Notes: a model not told the origin generated them from the sequence alone. DNA of 63,593 nt, filler included, from Octopus bimaculoides (GCF_001194135.2; 6 parts of 6 records of this genome joined end to end with filler, not necessarily neighbours in it); one strand, 5' to 3'. Positions 41,747 through 53,439 are shown, counted from the whole stretch's first letter. A program made the numbers and translations.

Positions 41747-42735
41747 GCACCACCCAAAATCTGACATATAAAGGCTATATACACAACGTATCCCAAAGTA
41801 ACCACCATAGGACTACGGAAATACCTGCTTCAGAAGCAAGGAAAACTAATACAAATGGCCACAAGGCACGAACAGAACAAAAAACTGTTTTCAGTCTTTA
41901 AGGAAGCTGACAAATACAAAAAAAAAGTATTAATACTTAATAACTATGAAGAAAAAAAAGATGCAAAAAAGCTGTAAAAGAACTGAAATCCAAACAAAAA
42001 CTGGAATACCAACGGGCCGTGATTAAACGATGGCAAGAAAAACCCCTTCATGGCAAATATTGGGTTGAGCTAAACCGAAAAGAAATAGACAAAGCAAAAT
42101 CCCAACAATGGCTGAGAAGCTCAGGACTCAAAGCAGAGACTGAAGGATAATTGCAGCACAAGATCAAAGCCTTCTCACCAGAAATCACCAAAAACATGCA
42201 ATGAAAAGAAATACAAGTAACTGCAGAATATGTGGAGACGGAGAAGAAACAATAAATCATATTGTCTCTGGCTACTCAGTCCTGGCTAAGAAGGAATATA
42301 TTCACAGACATGACAGATTTGGGACATGTATACACTGGAAGCTATACCAACACTATGGAATAACAATAAAAAAAAGGTGGTATAGGTACACGCCTGAAAA
42401 GGCTACAGAAAATGAGAAAGCAACCATACTCTGGGATATGGGATATGCCAATACACACAGATAGAGAAATTAAGGCCAATAGGCCAGATATAGTTGTCAG
42501 AGATCACAAAGAAAAAAATGCTTTCTAATCGATGTCTCAATACCAACAGATGACAATGTTTCTCTAAAAGAAACGGATAAACTTTCAAAATACAACGATC
42601 TGAAAATCGACGTAACTCGAAACAATTTCTATTATAGTGGGCGCATTAGGTATGATAAAAAAGACATTCAGACAAATACATAACAAAAACACCAGGACTT
42701 ACAAGTATATATAGTATACAGAAAATAGCACTCCT
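41744..42735 (+). mobile_element. R4/Dong-like fragment C
   Basis: LHHPKSDI, KPLHGKYW, QWLRSSGLKAETEG, CRICGDGEETINHIVSG, HRHD, ILWDM, NRPDIVVRD, LIDVSIP. Confidence 0.85.
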
Positions 42736-42737
42736 AC

Positions 42738-43020
42738 TGTTCCTGTTATTGTAGGTGTTCTAGGTATGATAAAAAAGGGATGTCAGAAACATCTAGATAA
42801 GATTCCAAGAGAACCATGTTTCAGAGAACTCCAAAAGATTGCACTGACCGGTACTACCCACATCCTTAGAAAAACCTTATCCATTTAAATGTCTGTGTTG
42901 TATTACATGAAGCTATTTCCGTATTTCCCCTCCCCAAACTTTCAGACATAATGTAACATCTCTTATCTTTCACTCGCTCCAGGACGCAAGCTGTGTCTCG
43001 CTAAGTGTTTGTAACAAACA
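42738..43020 (+). mobile_element. R4/Dong-like fragment D (ORF end plus 3' UTR)
   Basis: PVIVGVLGMIKKG...LQKIALTGTTHILRKTLSI* repeats the region just covered by fragment C with a different sequence. Confidence 0.75.
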
Positions 43021-43376
43021 TGCAAAAATGCTTTGTTTATAATGATCAAATTGCTCGTGCAGCACATTAGCTCACTCTTTCCATCGAATCAACTTTGAAC
43101 AGGTGCACAGTGTTCCATGCATCAGGTGTCTAAGTTATCTCAGAGCAACGCGAGATAAAGTGTATTGCTCAAGAACACAACGCACCAATAATAACACCAG
43201 AGGAGCTTATGACCTTGAGATATCTGTTGATGATACGGAAAGGTTTCGAACATTGTAATGGCTTCAGAAGAGCATGCAATACCTCTTAATAATTTTCTGC
43301 ATGGGGCAAAGCATCTCTAATGTTTATTTCACCGATCGCTATAACGTTGTACAAAAATATACATTCACTGTTTACT

Positions 43377-43414
<38 letters not shown>

Positions 43415-43611
43415 NNNNNNNNNNNNNNNNNNNNNNNNNNNNNNNNNNNNNNNNNNNNNNNNNNNNNNNNNNNNNNNNNNNNNNNNNNNNNNNNNNNNNN
43501 NNNNNNNNNNNNNNNNNNNNNNNNNNNNNNNNNNNNNNNNNNNNNNNNNNNNNNNNNNNNNNNNNNNNNNNNNNNNNNNNNNNNNNNNNNNNNNNNNNNN
43601 NNNNNNNNNNN

Positions 43612-43643
<32 letters not shown>

Positions 43644-44181
43644 TATATACATATTTAGCATTATCATGTAAAGTGTAAAGACAAATAAGTATTATTGAGT
43701 ATTATCATGCACGCATATATGTATGTATGCATGTATGTATGTATGTATGTATGTATGTATGCGTGTGTATGTGCGCGCGCGAGTATGTGTGTATGTATGT
43801 ATGTATGTATGTATGTATGTATGTAGTATGCATGTATGTATATATGTATGTACGCATGCACATATGTATATTCTTTTCTGTTTTTAATTATTTGAATTTT
43901 TCTTTTAAGGTAGGAGCTGGTTTGTAACTATATAAATAATAAAAACAAATTCACATTTTAAATTTGAAAAAAGTCTTACATGTATTTACTGTTCCAGGTA
44001 CAAATTGTATTTGTAATAAGGGAATCAGCAAGTTGATTTCTTTTCATTTTTCTTTACGTATGTCGTTATCCACTTTATTTCAAGATTTCTTGCCAATAGA
44101 GAAAGAACCGGTTTCTAACCTAAATCCAATGTTCCTTCATTGGAATTTCAATATCAACAACAGGGTATTTTTGTTTGTTTG

Positions 44182-44215
<34 letters not shown>

Positions 44216-44574
44216 TGTATGTATGCATGCATGTATGTATGTATGTATGTATGTATGTGTTATGTATAACAAGATCTACTGTCAGCTGTCGGCCTGAAGT
44301 TTTAGAAAGTAGATGCAGTCATTGATGTTGTAATGAACAGGGCTGCTCTCTCAAGTTTTGAGAACAATGATGTCTTCCTTCCTGTATTGGTGTTTACTAG
44401 AATTAAAAGCTACTATAACTACCTCATGTTATTTGTCATGTCGCCATCGATAGCACCCACTAGCTAAGACTCTTGAGAAGCTGTAGAGATTCTGAAAATG
44501 TCGAACGGTCTTCTTTCAGTACAGAAGACACTGGAGAACACTCCACTCCAGCTCCAAGTGTGAAAGTTTGAAAG

Positions 44575-46000
44575 GATATGGATGATATAAAAGAAAGCTT
44601 CGTCTGATTAGGACTTCTTCAAAAGATATAGGGATAGAGTATGGCTGGGATAAATATTTTTATATGGTTGCGAAATGATGGAGAACTACAATCCTATCAT
44701 TGCTATCAGTGACCTGACTATTTCCGCAATATCTGAAGAGGAATGCTATAAGCATATAGGAATAGATGGAAATATTTCCTATTAAGAAACTTCTAAGAAG
44801 GAACAAGTAACGAGAAGCAATAAACCGATAGTTTACAATGTGTTTGCTGTACCAGTGCTCGTACCTACATTTGGGTGATTTGATTAGATGCTTGATGGAA
44901 TCCTGATATTGATGTCAAAACCTGAAAATTGTTAATATATTTCAGGAATTGCTAGATTAGCAACAGTAATTAAATGTCAAATGAGATGATGCGATATTCA
45001 CAGGCTGTTAAGATCGATGTTAAATCTCTGCCATCTGTACTTAAAAGGAAAACAAAACGACAGAGGCTAAAATCGATCCAAACAACTTTTGAATGTTGCA
45101 TCATCTTCCTTCGATTACATTTAACCACCAAAAGTCGATGTCCTGCCATGGACCAAGCCTGCATACGTGAGACCGATAACTTGAGAATCGAAAAATTCCT
45201 CGAAAATATTCAGACTGATGACCCAGGAAATACGCCCAAAGAAGTTATACAACTCCACTGTAATAGATCATTAGAATAGAAGCTGTATACTGTTCACTGT
45301 AGTTGAACGCTTTCTAAGAAGAGCTGAAACTAGGCACTAAGCCATTAAACTCATTCCTCGTTGCTAAGAAGATATTTAGTTTCATTAAATAACAACTAGA
45401 TGCTAAATCTTTAAAGATCCTTGAGGCTAACAATATATTTATTTTTGTCGTTTTTTTTTTTCGAAAGAAAATAGCTTGCAAAATATCAGCAACTAATTTC
45501 TCATGGGTTTAGAATTATTACATTCAAACAAAATACTTTCACATTAAAAGCATCATTCGAAAGGCATGAGAACATTTTTATGAAGAAAAGCAGGGAAGAA
45601 TAGTGGAACACATTATTTTTGGTAGATATTTCAAGAATGGTGGAGAAGCAAGAAGAAAACTGACTTCTTGATCATTCGTAGACTGAGGCTTGGTTTTGAA
45701 TACTGAACCAGACGATCGCAAAGCGAAATTGCTTGCCACGTGACTATAGTTACGCCAATGCATTACAGGTTAGCTACACAATAAAATGGCCAAACAGAAT
45801 ATACATCCCTGTTTAACATAGCTGTCTGACTACCTTGGAGTGTCTTTTGTGAAGTCGCTGGATAAAAATGTAATCCCTCAGTTACACCTGCTCAGCATAG
45901 TGTCAGTTCGTCCAAGACCTTGTGAGAGGAAACCTCTTCACAGAAACCGTGTGAGCACCTGTAGAAAGGACTGTTTCTATCCAGGAGAGGTAGGCTCAAT
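44575..46000 (+). mobile_element. Old, heavily decayed R4/Dong-like relic
   Basis: DMDDIK (YMDD-like) at 44575-44592, EEECYKHIGI, NVFAVPVLVPTFG, VEHIIFG; many stops. Confidence 0.5.
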
Positions 46001-46462
46001 CTATCGTCTGGTTTAATAGTGCCATCTAGTTTTGGGGTGTCTTTAGCAGTGTCCACTCAGGGCTAAAGGCAAGTTTTTTCCGTTCGGGCCTCCACTTCTG
46101 AGACTGTAAAGTGAAGCCTGTGTGCTCTCTTTCCTTCTCTGACCAACCTACAAAACATTCTGGGAATACATTCTGGCATGGTCTCAAAATTTGTTTCGGA
46201 ACGCTCGCCATTCACATATTTGCCCAAATTATTAAATCCAGTGATCGTACAATTACTTATTCTTATTGTTACTCTTTCTATTAGAGAATCTTTTTAGCAT
46301 TCTCTTGTCAGGCTGATTGTTGTATCTCTAATAACTTGATTTGTTATAAAAGTTTAAAGTTGAGTTTAAGATTAATAATCTAAATACTTAAACACTCGAT
46401 AACTTAAGTCTTTCAAAATCTTCAAATACACATTTAAGTCTCACTGTGTTTCTATATTGCAG

Positions 46463-46779
46463 TCTCGCTATTCACTGAAACCGAGCCTATTCCTCCAGCA
46501 AACACAACACTGTGTCCGTGTGAGTGTGAAAACGAACGACACAACCTAACCCAAAAGGAACTCGATAAAAAGCTACTTGAGATTGTTTCGGAGTTAGCAT
46601 TTCTGCGAAATTCAACTTCTAAATACATCCGTTCTAAAGTCAGTATGCCCGACGCACGATTATCTTCGAAATGTATCGGCGCTATCGCTGTCCTTTTCAT
46701 TGTCGTACCATTTACAATGATAATTTCTATAGACGCCCTATATCTTTTCAAATGGTTCTACGGCGTAATTATGAGTTAG
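46463..46779 (+). CDS. Terminal coding exon: VSLFTETEPIPPANTTLCPCECENERHNLTQKELDKKLLEIVSELAFLRNSTSKYIRSKVSMPDARLSSKCIGAIAVLFIVVPFTMIISIDALYLFKWFYGVIMS*
   Basis: Acceptor tgtgtttctatattgcAG, phase 1 matching exon 38454-38786, TAG at 46777-46779, hydrophobic C-terminal segment, AATAAA about 30 nt downstream. Confidence 0.88.
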
Positions 46780-46810
46780 AACTATTTCAGCTCTATGTAT
46801 CTGCAAATTG

Positions 46811-46816
46811 AATAAA
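46811..46816 (+). promoter_or_regulatory. Candidate polyadenylation signal of the mucin-like gene
   Basis: AATAAA 31 nt after the stop codon. Confidence 0.45.
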
Positions 46817-46887
46817 AATATATACTGTTGATAAATCTATAAATGTAAATCAATTTTATTTCTTTCACAACATACTTTCTAGGAATA

Positions 46888-46921
<34 letters not shown>

Positions 46922-47509
46922 ACATGTTCATCCGTCGTAACGGCGATGACCATCTAGTCATCATGGGCAAAGGCTAAATAGTGGCTTGTGCGGTGATTTT
47001 GTTAAAAGTGAAGAAGATTTATGCGCCTCAGTCTCATTCTCTCGTCTCTGACCAGCTTCATTCCAGTGACAATACCAGATCAAACACTGCAGATGGAGAC
47101 GGATGCAGTAGATGACCAAAATGTCGTGCTTGCCTTATCTTACTCTTTGCACTCTTGCATTGCTGCAGCCGTCTTCTCTCCATTGAACCATGAAGATGTC
47201 TTCTGCAGAGTCCGCCTGATCCACCTTCATATGCATCGGTAGGCAAGCGCTATCTCACCAAGAATTACATATCCGTTTGGCTATCCTCACCTGGTGTAGC
47301 CCGCTGGCTGAAGAAGTTTAGCGGTGTATGGCTACTGTTGTATACTATCTTTAGATATCAATTGTTGATCTGTAGATCGAGATTTATTTGCGTATGTTCA
47401 TTACATTTATACACATACGCATGTGCACATGCACGCACATACAGACACATTCTGTAGGAATGTCACGGATGTGGTCCTCATGCATCCACTTGTGTGTTTG
47501 TATGTGTGG

Positions 47510-47580
<71 letters not shown>

Positions 47581-47702
47581 TGTGCATTGTTGTAGCTTTC
47601 GAATGCCACACCACCGGCTAAGCGGGCAGGCTAATATTCCTTTTGAACGGAAGGTCAGTTCATCTCAGCGTTACTCATTTACAACTAAGTGGACTGGAGA
47701 AA

Positions 47703-47760
47703 CATGAAATATGTTTACTTCATGAAATATGTTTACTTTATGAAATACGTTTACTTCATG
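47703..47760. repeat. 18-bp tandem repeat x3 (CATGAAATATGTTTACTT)
   Basis: Visible. Confidence 0.85.
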
Positions 47761-47896
47761 GCACCACCACAATCGTTCGTGCATTTCTACTGCTTTTAGT
47801 GGGGGTTTTTTTCTTGTTTTTCAGCTACTATTTTCGGAAAGACTTTTTTGCCCCCCCCCACCCAATTTCTTCATTTTCACTTTTTTCCGAAACTGT

Positions 47897-48077
47897 AACC
47901 CCAAAATCCCAACCCTAACCCTAACCCTAAAACCCCAACACTAATCCTAACCCTAACCCCTTAACCCTAACCCTAACCCTAACCCAAACCCTAAAACACT
48001 AACCCTAACCCTAAAACCCTAACTCTAACCCTAAAATCCTAACCCTAACTCTAAAACCCTAACCCTAAAACCCTAAA
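47897..48077. repeat. Degenerate interstitial telomere-like array (CCCTAA mixed with CCCTAAAA, CTCTAA, TCCTAA)
   Basis: Visible. Confidence 0.9.
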
Positions 48078-48364
48078 GCTGAAATCAGTACAAACGCACG
48101 AACGATGTCATAAATAACAATGACAAACGAAATATCCACCACCGATAATTGTTGTTGACAAACAACAGCAGTAATTTTATTCAGCTGAATACACGTCATT
48201 GATTGGTTGAAAGTACCGAAATATGACTACTTTAACACGAAATAACTTTGAAAATATAAACTTTTCTCAACAACACTAAGAGTAAAAGATGTTTTATATG
48301 ATACATTCTACCAGTGTCTGAAGTTTGAAAGTGTTTAATTACAAAAAATTAATTTCTCGATCTA
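47897..48364 (-). mobile_element. Partial relative of the foldback element at 25476-26151
   Basis: The reverse complement of 48178-48340 closely matches 25516-25670 (aaacactttcaaactt..acactggtagaatgt.tcatataaaacatctttt..ttcaaccaatca.tgacgt..attcagc); adjacent telomeric array. Confidence 0.8.
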
Positions 48365-48480
48365 CCGTTCAAAGGGAAAAGATCCCAATGTTTTTTCCTT
48401 CCTGGAAATACAGCCCTCGTTTGTTTTATATATATATATATATATATTACTATCAATTATTCATACTACAGGCATTATAT

Positions 48481-48524
48481 GCGCAACTAATATTTTCATG
48501 TACACAAGTACGTTTATCAGGCGC
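48481..48524 (-). ncRNA. Degenerate minimal type I hammerhead ribozyme motif (probably inactive)
   Basis: Minus strand GCGC CTGATAA ACGTAC TTGT GTACAT GAAA A TATTA GT T GCGC: stems I/II/III and core recognisable with 2-3 substitutions; downstream of a PLE ORF end. Confidence 0.55.
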
Positions 48525-49194
48525 TGATTGAACTATCCAACCAAGAGAGTTACGTGTAAATAGCGGACAGGTGTGAAGCGATACGAAAACAAAAGTACCT
48601 AATGGAAGATTCCACCAAAACGGGTGAATGAATAATAAAAAAAAATTCCTTTTAAATATATAAATAAACACTATATATAAAAAGATTAAAGGTTATGCAT
48701 ATCAAAAGATATATTAAAATATTATTTTAAAAAGCTATAAATGAGCGGATGAACATGAAAATTACGAAGAAAATACGAAATATAAATATAAATATATATA
48801 TATATAAATATATATAAAGAAAAACTGAAATTATATTGTATATACGAAGACTCAAGACCATACGAACTCATGCATACACAAAACCACACACTTTATATAC
48901 ACTATACAAGTTATATTAAGTATATATTAAAATGAATTTACAAAATCGAGTAAATATAAGTGGAAAACTTGAAGGTCGATAATATTATACAAAAAGAAAA
49001 TGACAGGATGGAGAAATTGTAAATGTTGATATAACTCAACGCCATTATATTTGTATCCTAAGCGTTGTGAAAATGTGAGAATGTAAAATAAGATTTGAAA
49101 AAAAAAAACCTAGAAAATATTTCAGAGTTATACTGAGAAAATAATATTTAGAAAACGTTGTTCAGTCCGGTATCAGAAGAATCTTCCAATTTTT

Positions 49195-49805
49195 AAGAAT
49201 ATATTTAGACATATGTTTACACCCACTGAATATCTCTGATCTTGAGTTCAATACTGAGTTCAGAATTTTTGATTTGAATAAAATTTGCGCCCTTTCAGCC
49301 AAGCAAAGCCTACATTTGTTGGATTATTCATGTGTGGTTTAGCATTTCTATTATTTTTCATTTAATAATATAAAGAATATTGTTCGTTTTCAGTGTCCAA
49401 ATGTGGCTCGCCAATTTTTTTGCATTACTCTTCTCATTATGGCGGAAGGATGTCATATGATTGGTATACCGTCTTTTGAAATTCCCGTCGCATAGTCCAA
49501 TGTGGGTTTTCCTATCAGTTAAATCGTTGTTAATAATGTTTGCCGAGACCTCTGCTCCGTATGCAATGGACTTAGTTGAACACTGTTGGTCTAGCGGACA
49601 GGATTCTGCATTACGACAATTACAGCCTGGGTTCGCCTCTTGCTGGCTCCTGCGGTTGATAATACTTTTCATGTTTGGACAGCAGCTGCACGATAATTTA
49701 ACAGTATTTCTGTTAAATATCTTCCTGTTTCTATCTCCTACAGGAAAGTGCTTATCTAATATAGTGTCAGGAATATTTTACCAATATTCGACATCAATCT
49801 TGCAA
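49195..49805 (-). mobile_element. Penelope-like element 3' fragment (GIY-YIG endonuclease)
   Basis: NIGKIFL..LDKHFP, KIFNRNTVKLSCSCCPNMKSII, CNCRNAESCPLD, HIGL, FKRRYTNHMTSFRH, CRLCLAE, LNSRSEIFSGCKH. Confidence 0.88.
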
Positions 49806-49811
49806 TGTTGC

Positions 49812-50720
49812 ATCAGAAGTGTAGGTCATTTTCCAGTTCTTTTAAATACAAACTCTGGGATACGATTGATTTTGGCATCATTGCTAACCTGGGTGAACAC
49901 TGTGATATGTTCTCTAGACGAATGGTGGTTTTCTTTGATGAACATACCTTCTGAATGTTAAAGTAGCTTATCTGCTACTTTCATTCCGGTCCAAGGTCAT
50001 TTGATCTCCATTGATAATAGGAGGATCTACGCCAAATTTGTCAAGGAAATAACAACGCACACTCCATATGTTCTGCAAATAATCCTGAGTGTACTCAACA
50101 CATTGCTCTTTGGAGATTCAAATGCGTTTGTTTGGAAATTTCAGTGATACCCTATACTCCTTTTGCCAACCTTTCATCCAGCTTTTTCAAAAACGAAGCT
50201 TTTCCTCAGTAGGTGTGTCTGGGTGTTGGCAAATCCATTGCTCATAAAATTTCTCAGCCTCTGATAGGAAAAGAGCTTGTGATAATCTCGCATGCAGCGA
50301 TGTTCTAATATCCACAAACCATTCAAACAAGGCGTCTCTCACGCCAGGTGCTTTTGTTTTACAACCTCCTCCAGCGACTCTGAAACGTTTCTTTGGATTG
50401 TTTTCAGCACTGTCAAGTTCACCTTTCAGATATTTTTCATAGCAGCATTTAGCTACTTTAACAGCAGAATCAAATAGTCGATCAGAGATTTTGCCGTCGG
50501 CCAAATTTGAGTAAAACAACGAACTGCTTTGGCGAGATATCCCTGTTTTGGGGTATCTGGGACATGGCGTTTCCTTTTAGTATCCCAATGAGTTTCCCTT
50601 TCGTTCGCTCTAATTCAGAATCATACTCCTTTTTGCATTTGCTCGCCACGATAGCAGGTGCTTGCATTTCTTCCATAGAATAATGTCCATACCATACGTC
50701 GCACCAAAAGTACTCTTTTC
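49812..50720 (-). mobile_element. pogo/Tigger-like transposase relic (CENP-B-type HTH plus start of DDE domain)
   Basis: KKRFRVAGGGCK...ALFEWFVDIR, KLRFSKSWMKGW, IINGDQM, SREHITVFTQVS...PEFVFK. Confidence 0.75.
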
Positions 50721-51399
50721 TCTGCCATGATGTTATGAAAGAAAGTTCAAAGAGAAATTACTTGAGTCGTGTTGATGTTGTTAAATCCTTATTCCGTAAA
50801 AAGCTTGTCCTATGAGGATAAACAATTCCTCATTGGAGTTCTTAGTTTGCGTGGAATTTGTGTTGGCAATTGATAGAGAAATCGTACAGAAACTGAAAAT
50901 GAAGATTTGTTGATTACAGTGTGGAATAGCAGTAAACTCACGCGTATGTTACAGAGTGGGGCAGTTGTCAAGCCTCAAGATATACTGGTTGTAAAGTATA
51001 TTTTCTGACAGCAATTTCCTTGTTTTCTATGTGTCCTGAAGTAGATGTGATGTGTCCCGAAATGATTAATCTTCTTAAGGTTGAAGGTAATCAATGCCCT
51101 AAAATGTTGAAGGCTCACCCGCATGAACGTTGCCTACGTACACTGTGGATAAATATTTTTCTTCCATGCGTTATGAAAACAAACACAACAAACCAGGTTT
51201 TCTTCCCGTTCCTGTCATGTTTTTTTTTTTTTGTCATGCTGTTTCACAATTTGCGTCAGTCAAAATAATAATGAATTCTCCAGAGTTTGTTGTTTTGAAC
51301 TAGTAAAGGGAGTCATTTTAAACGACTTTCCTCTTCCCTTTAAATTGCTGGCCTTGTGCTTAAGCATCGGGCAACGTGCCTTGCAGCATAGAGTTATGG

Positions 51400-51557
51400 C
51401 CCATTATGTTCAGATTTCAATCCCGCTGAGGCTAGCTTTACCTTTCATCCCTATGGGGTCAATAAAATAAAGCACCAGTAATGGACTGGACCGCTTTAAT
51501 CCCTTTATCTCTCCCCATAAATTGTTGGCCTTGTGTCTAAATGAGAAATCATTATTT
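51400..51557 (+). mobile_element. Decayed SINE family 2 body and tail B (another tail fragment at about 51290-51370)
   Basis: ctttacctttcatccctatggggtcaataaaataaagcaccag ... ttggccttgtg. Confidence 0.6.
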
Positions 51558-51739
51558 AAAATTGTCTAGGTTGTCACCCTTGATTTTTTTAAAAACCAGA
51601 ATAAGTTATTTAGTTTATATTTCCGATTTATTTTATAACAAATGGTATTACTTATAAAGTAAAATAAAATTATTATTAGATTCTCCAGCTGTTGTATCAA
51701 TATGAATAGCTTATACAATAAAATTTCACCGGAGATAGA

Positions 51740-51911
51740 TAAGCAGAATTTAATAAGAGCGGAATAAAAGCGAGGGAGGGGTGGAAACAATTTGAAAAGT
51801 TAATAAGCGGGTGGGAAGAATAAAAGCGGATGTAGTGGGAAAAATCTGAAAACTTAGAAAAATTAATAATAAAAGGTGGAGGTGGGGACGATTATTCAAA
51901 ACCCTAGAGTA
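51740..51911 (-). mobile_element. Possible DNA transposon terminus (TA + TIR + repeated subterminal motifs), perhaps the 5' end of the pogo relic
   Basis: Reverse complement begins TA-CTCTAGGGTTTTGAATAATCGTCCCC; repeated gaataaaagcg / aataagcg motifs; no partner TIR found. Confidence 0.35.
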
Positions 51912-53439
51912 GATCGATAGATATGGCACAGACATTTTGTTCCGAGAAGATGCAGGGGAGATAAGCATAGTTAAACTTACTGGTGCTAGATTCAGACGCG
52001 AAATTTCTCAAGTTTTTTGCAAATACAAACTTAGTTATTACCTTGGAGAGATTAAGGGAGGAAAAAAAAAGTTTAAAATGCAAATTATAGTTTAATAAAT
52101 GTTGTTAAACAATTGTGATCGAAACAATGCTTGTGTAATTCTAGATATGTAGATTCATGAGTAACATGGTAATTTTTTGTAGTATGCACTTAAAAACGTT
52201 GGAGAAGCTTTCTCGCTAAAAAAAAATAATAAATAATATTTTCACAAGAAAAGGTGTGTGACTTAAAGGAGATTTAGCTGTTGTTTCTAGCACATCCTAC
52301 GATCATCTTTGTCACTGTTACATGTATTGATGCTTTTCAATATTTTTCTTCCCATATGACATTTATGCTATTAAAAGAAAAAAAAATTGAAAATTTCTGA
52401 CTTTTTCACACCCATTGTTTCTATTTATAATTTGAAAATATTGGAGAGCCTGAGAAGATCAGTGCTGGAATTTATCCACAGTGATTTTTAAAAAGTATCT
52501 AAAAGATAACTTAAAAGATATATAGCATACTTTTCTGTCAGTAAATATGTGTTTTCATACACACACAGAGCCTCGCTTGACTAGGGGGTGGGGTAAATGA
52601 TTTTTTTTTTCTTAGATCCCAGCAATGTACCACGTATGTGTTACTTCCANNNNNNNNNNGAAATGGTGACGAATGGAAAAACAGAGGACTCCTTTTATTT
52701 AAACGTGTCACACGGTCGAACACAAAATAATATATATCAATGATGATATACAAAATAATGTTATACTACGATAACATAGATGACCAGTAATGAAAGACCA
52801 CAACCGTATGAGATGAATAACAGAAATATTTATTGTAGCGTTAAAGATGTATGTATGTGTGTGAGTGTTTGAATGCGACATATAAGAACATAATCAAAGA
52901 CAGTCCGTCGTACAAAGAAAAGTATGTATGTGAGTGATACATGTATGTGTATGTGAGATATTACAGCAGATAGAAAGAGAGTCAGTAACCGTGAGCATTT
53001 ATACCAGTTCTTAGAGTACCGTTAGTATGAGTCTGTATGTGAAGGGAGTTGAGGCTGTGTGTGGCAGATTTGATCACTAGTTGTGATGTGGTGGCTTCCA
53101 TGCCGGGCCGTGATTTTTGTTATACAGATGTTCGTCGTTCGTCGGTGGCTGTAATCTCTTGTCTGTTTATTTATCGTGGTGAAGCTGAGTCACCTAACAG
53201 AATCGAAGAGAGAGATGTGCCGCGGTGGTTTAGTTTGGTGTACATAGTAAGTCGTGTTGACGCTGGTGGTGAAGAGGCTGCTTGGTAGTAATCGTAGAAT
53301 CGTGTTGGTCATGACGATGATGCTGGTTAGTAGTCGTAGACTCGTGTTGCTGATGTGGCGACGGCAGTGGTCATCGTTGGCTGGACGAAGCTGTTGAAGT
53401 GGTCGCTGGCTGATTGTTGCTGCTGCTGTCGTGTGGTAC

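Noticed and set aside
44085-44164. Possible extra exon DFLPIEKEPVSNL...
   Set aside because: Weak donor, and it ends in phase 0, incompatible with the phase 1 terminal exon
45214-45232. CTGATGA...GAAA hammerhead-like string
   Set aside because: No stem II or stem I pairing; lies within LINE-derived sequence
46452-46751. Minus-strand 99-aa ORF
   Set aside because: Antisense shadow of the terminal exon
47000-47245. Possible RTE 3' fragment on the minus strand (ERRRLQ...RHFGHLL)
   Set aside because: Motif match too weak to support as a feature
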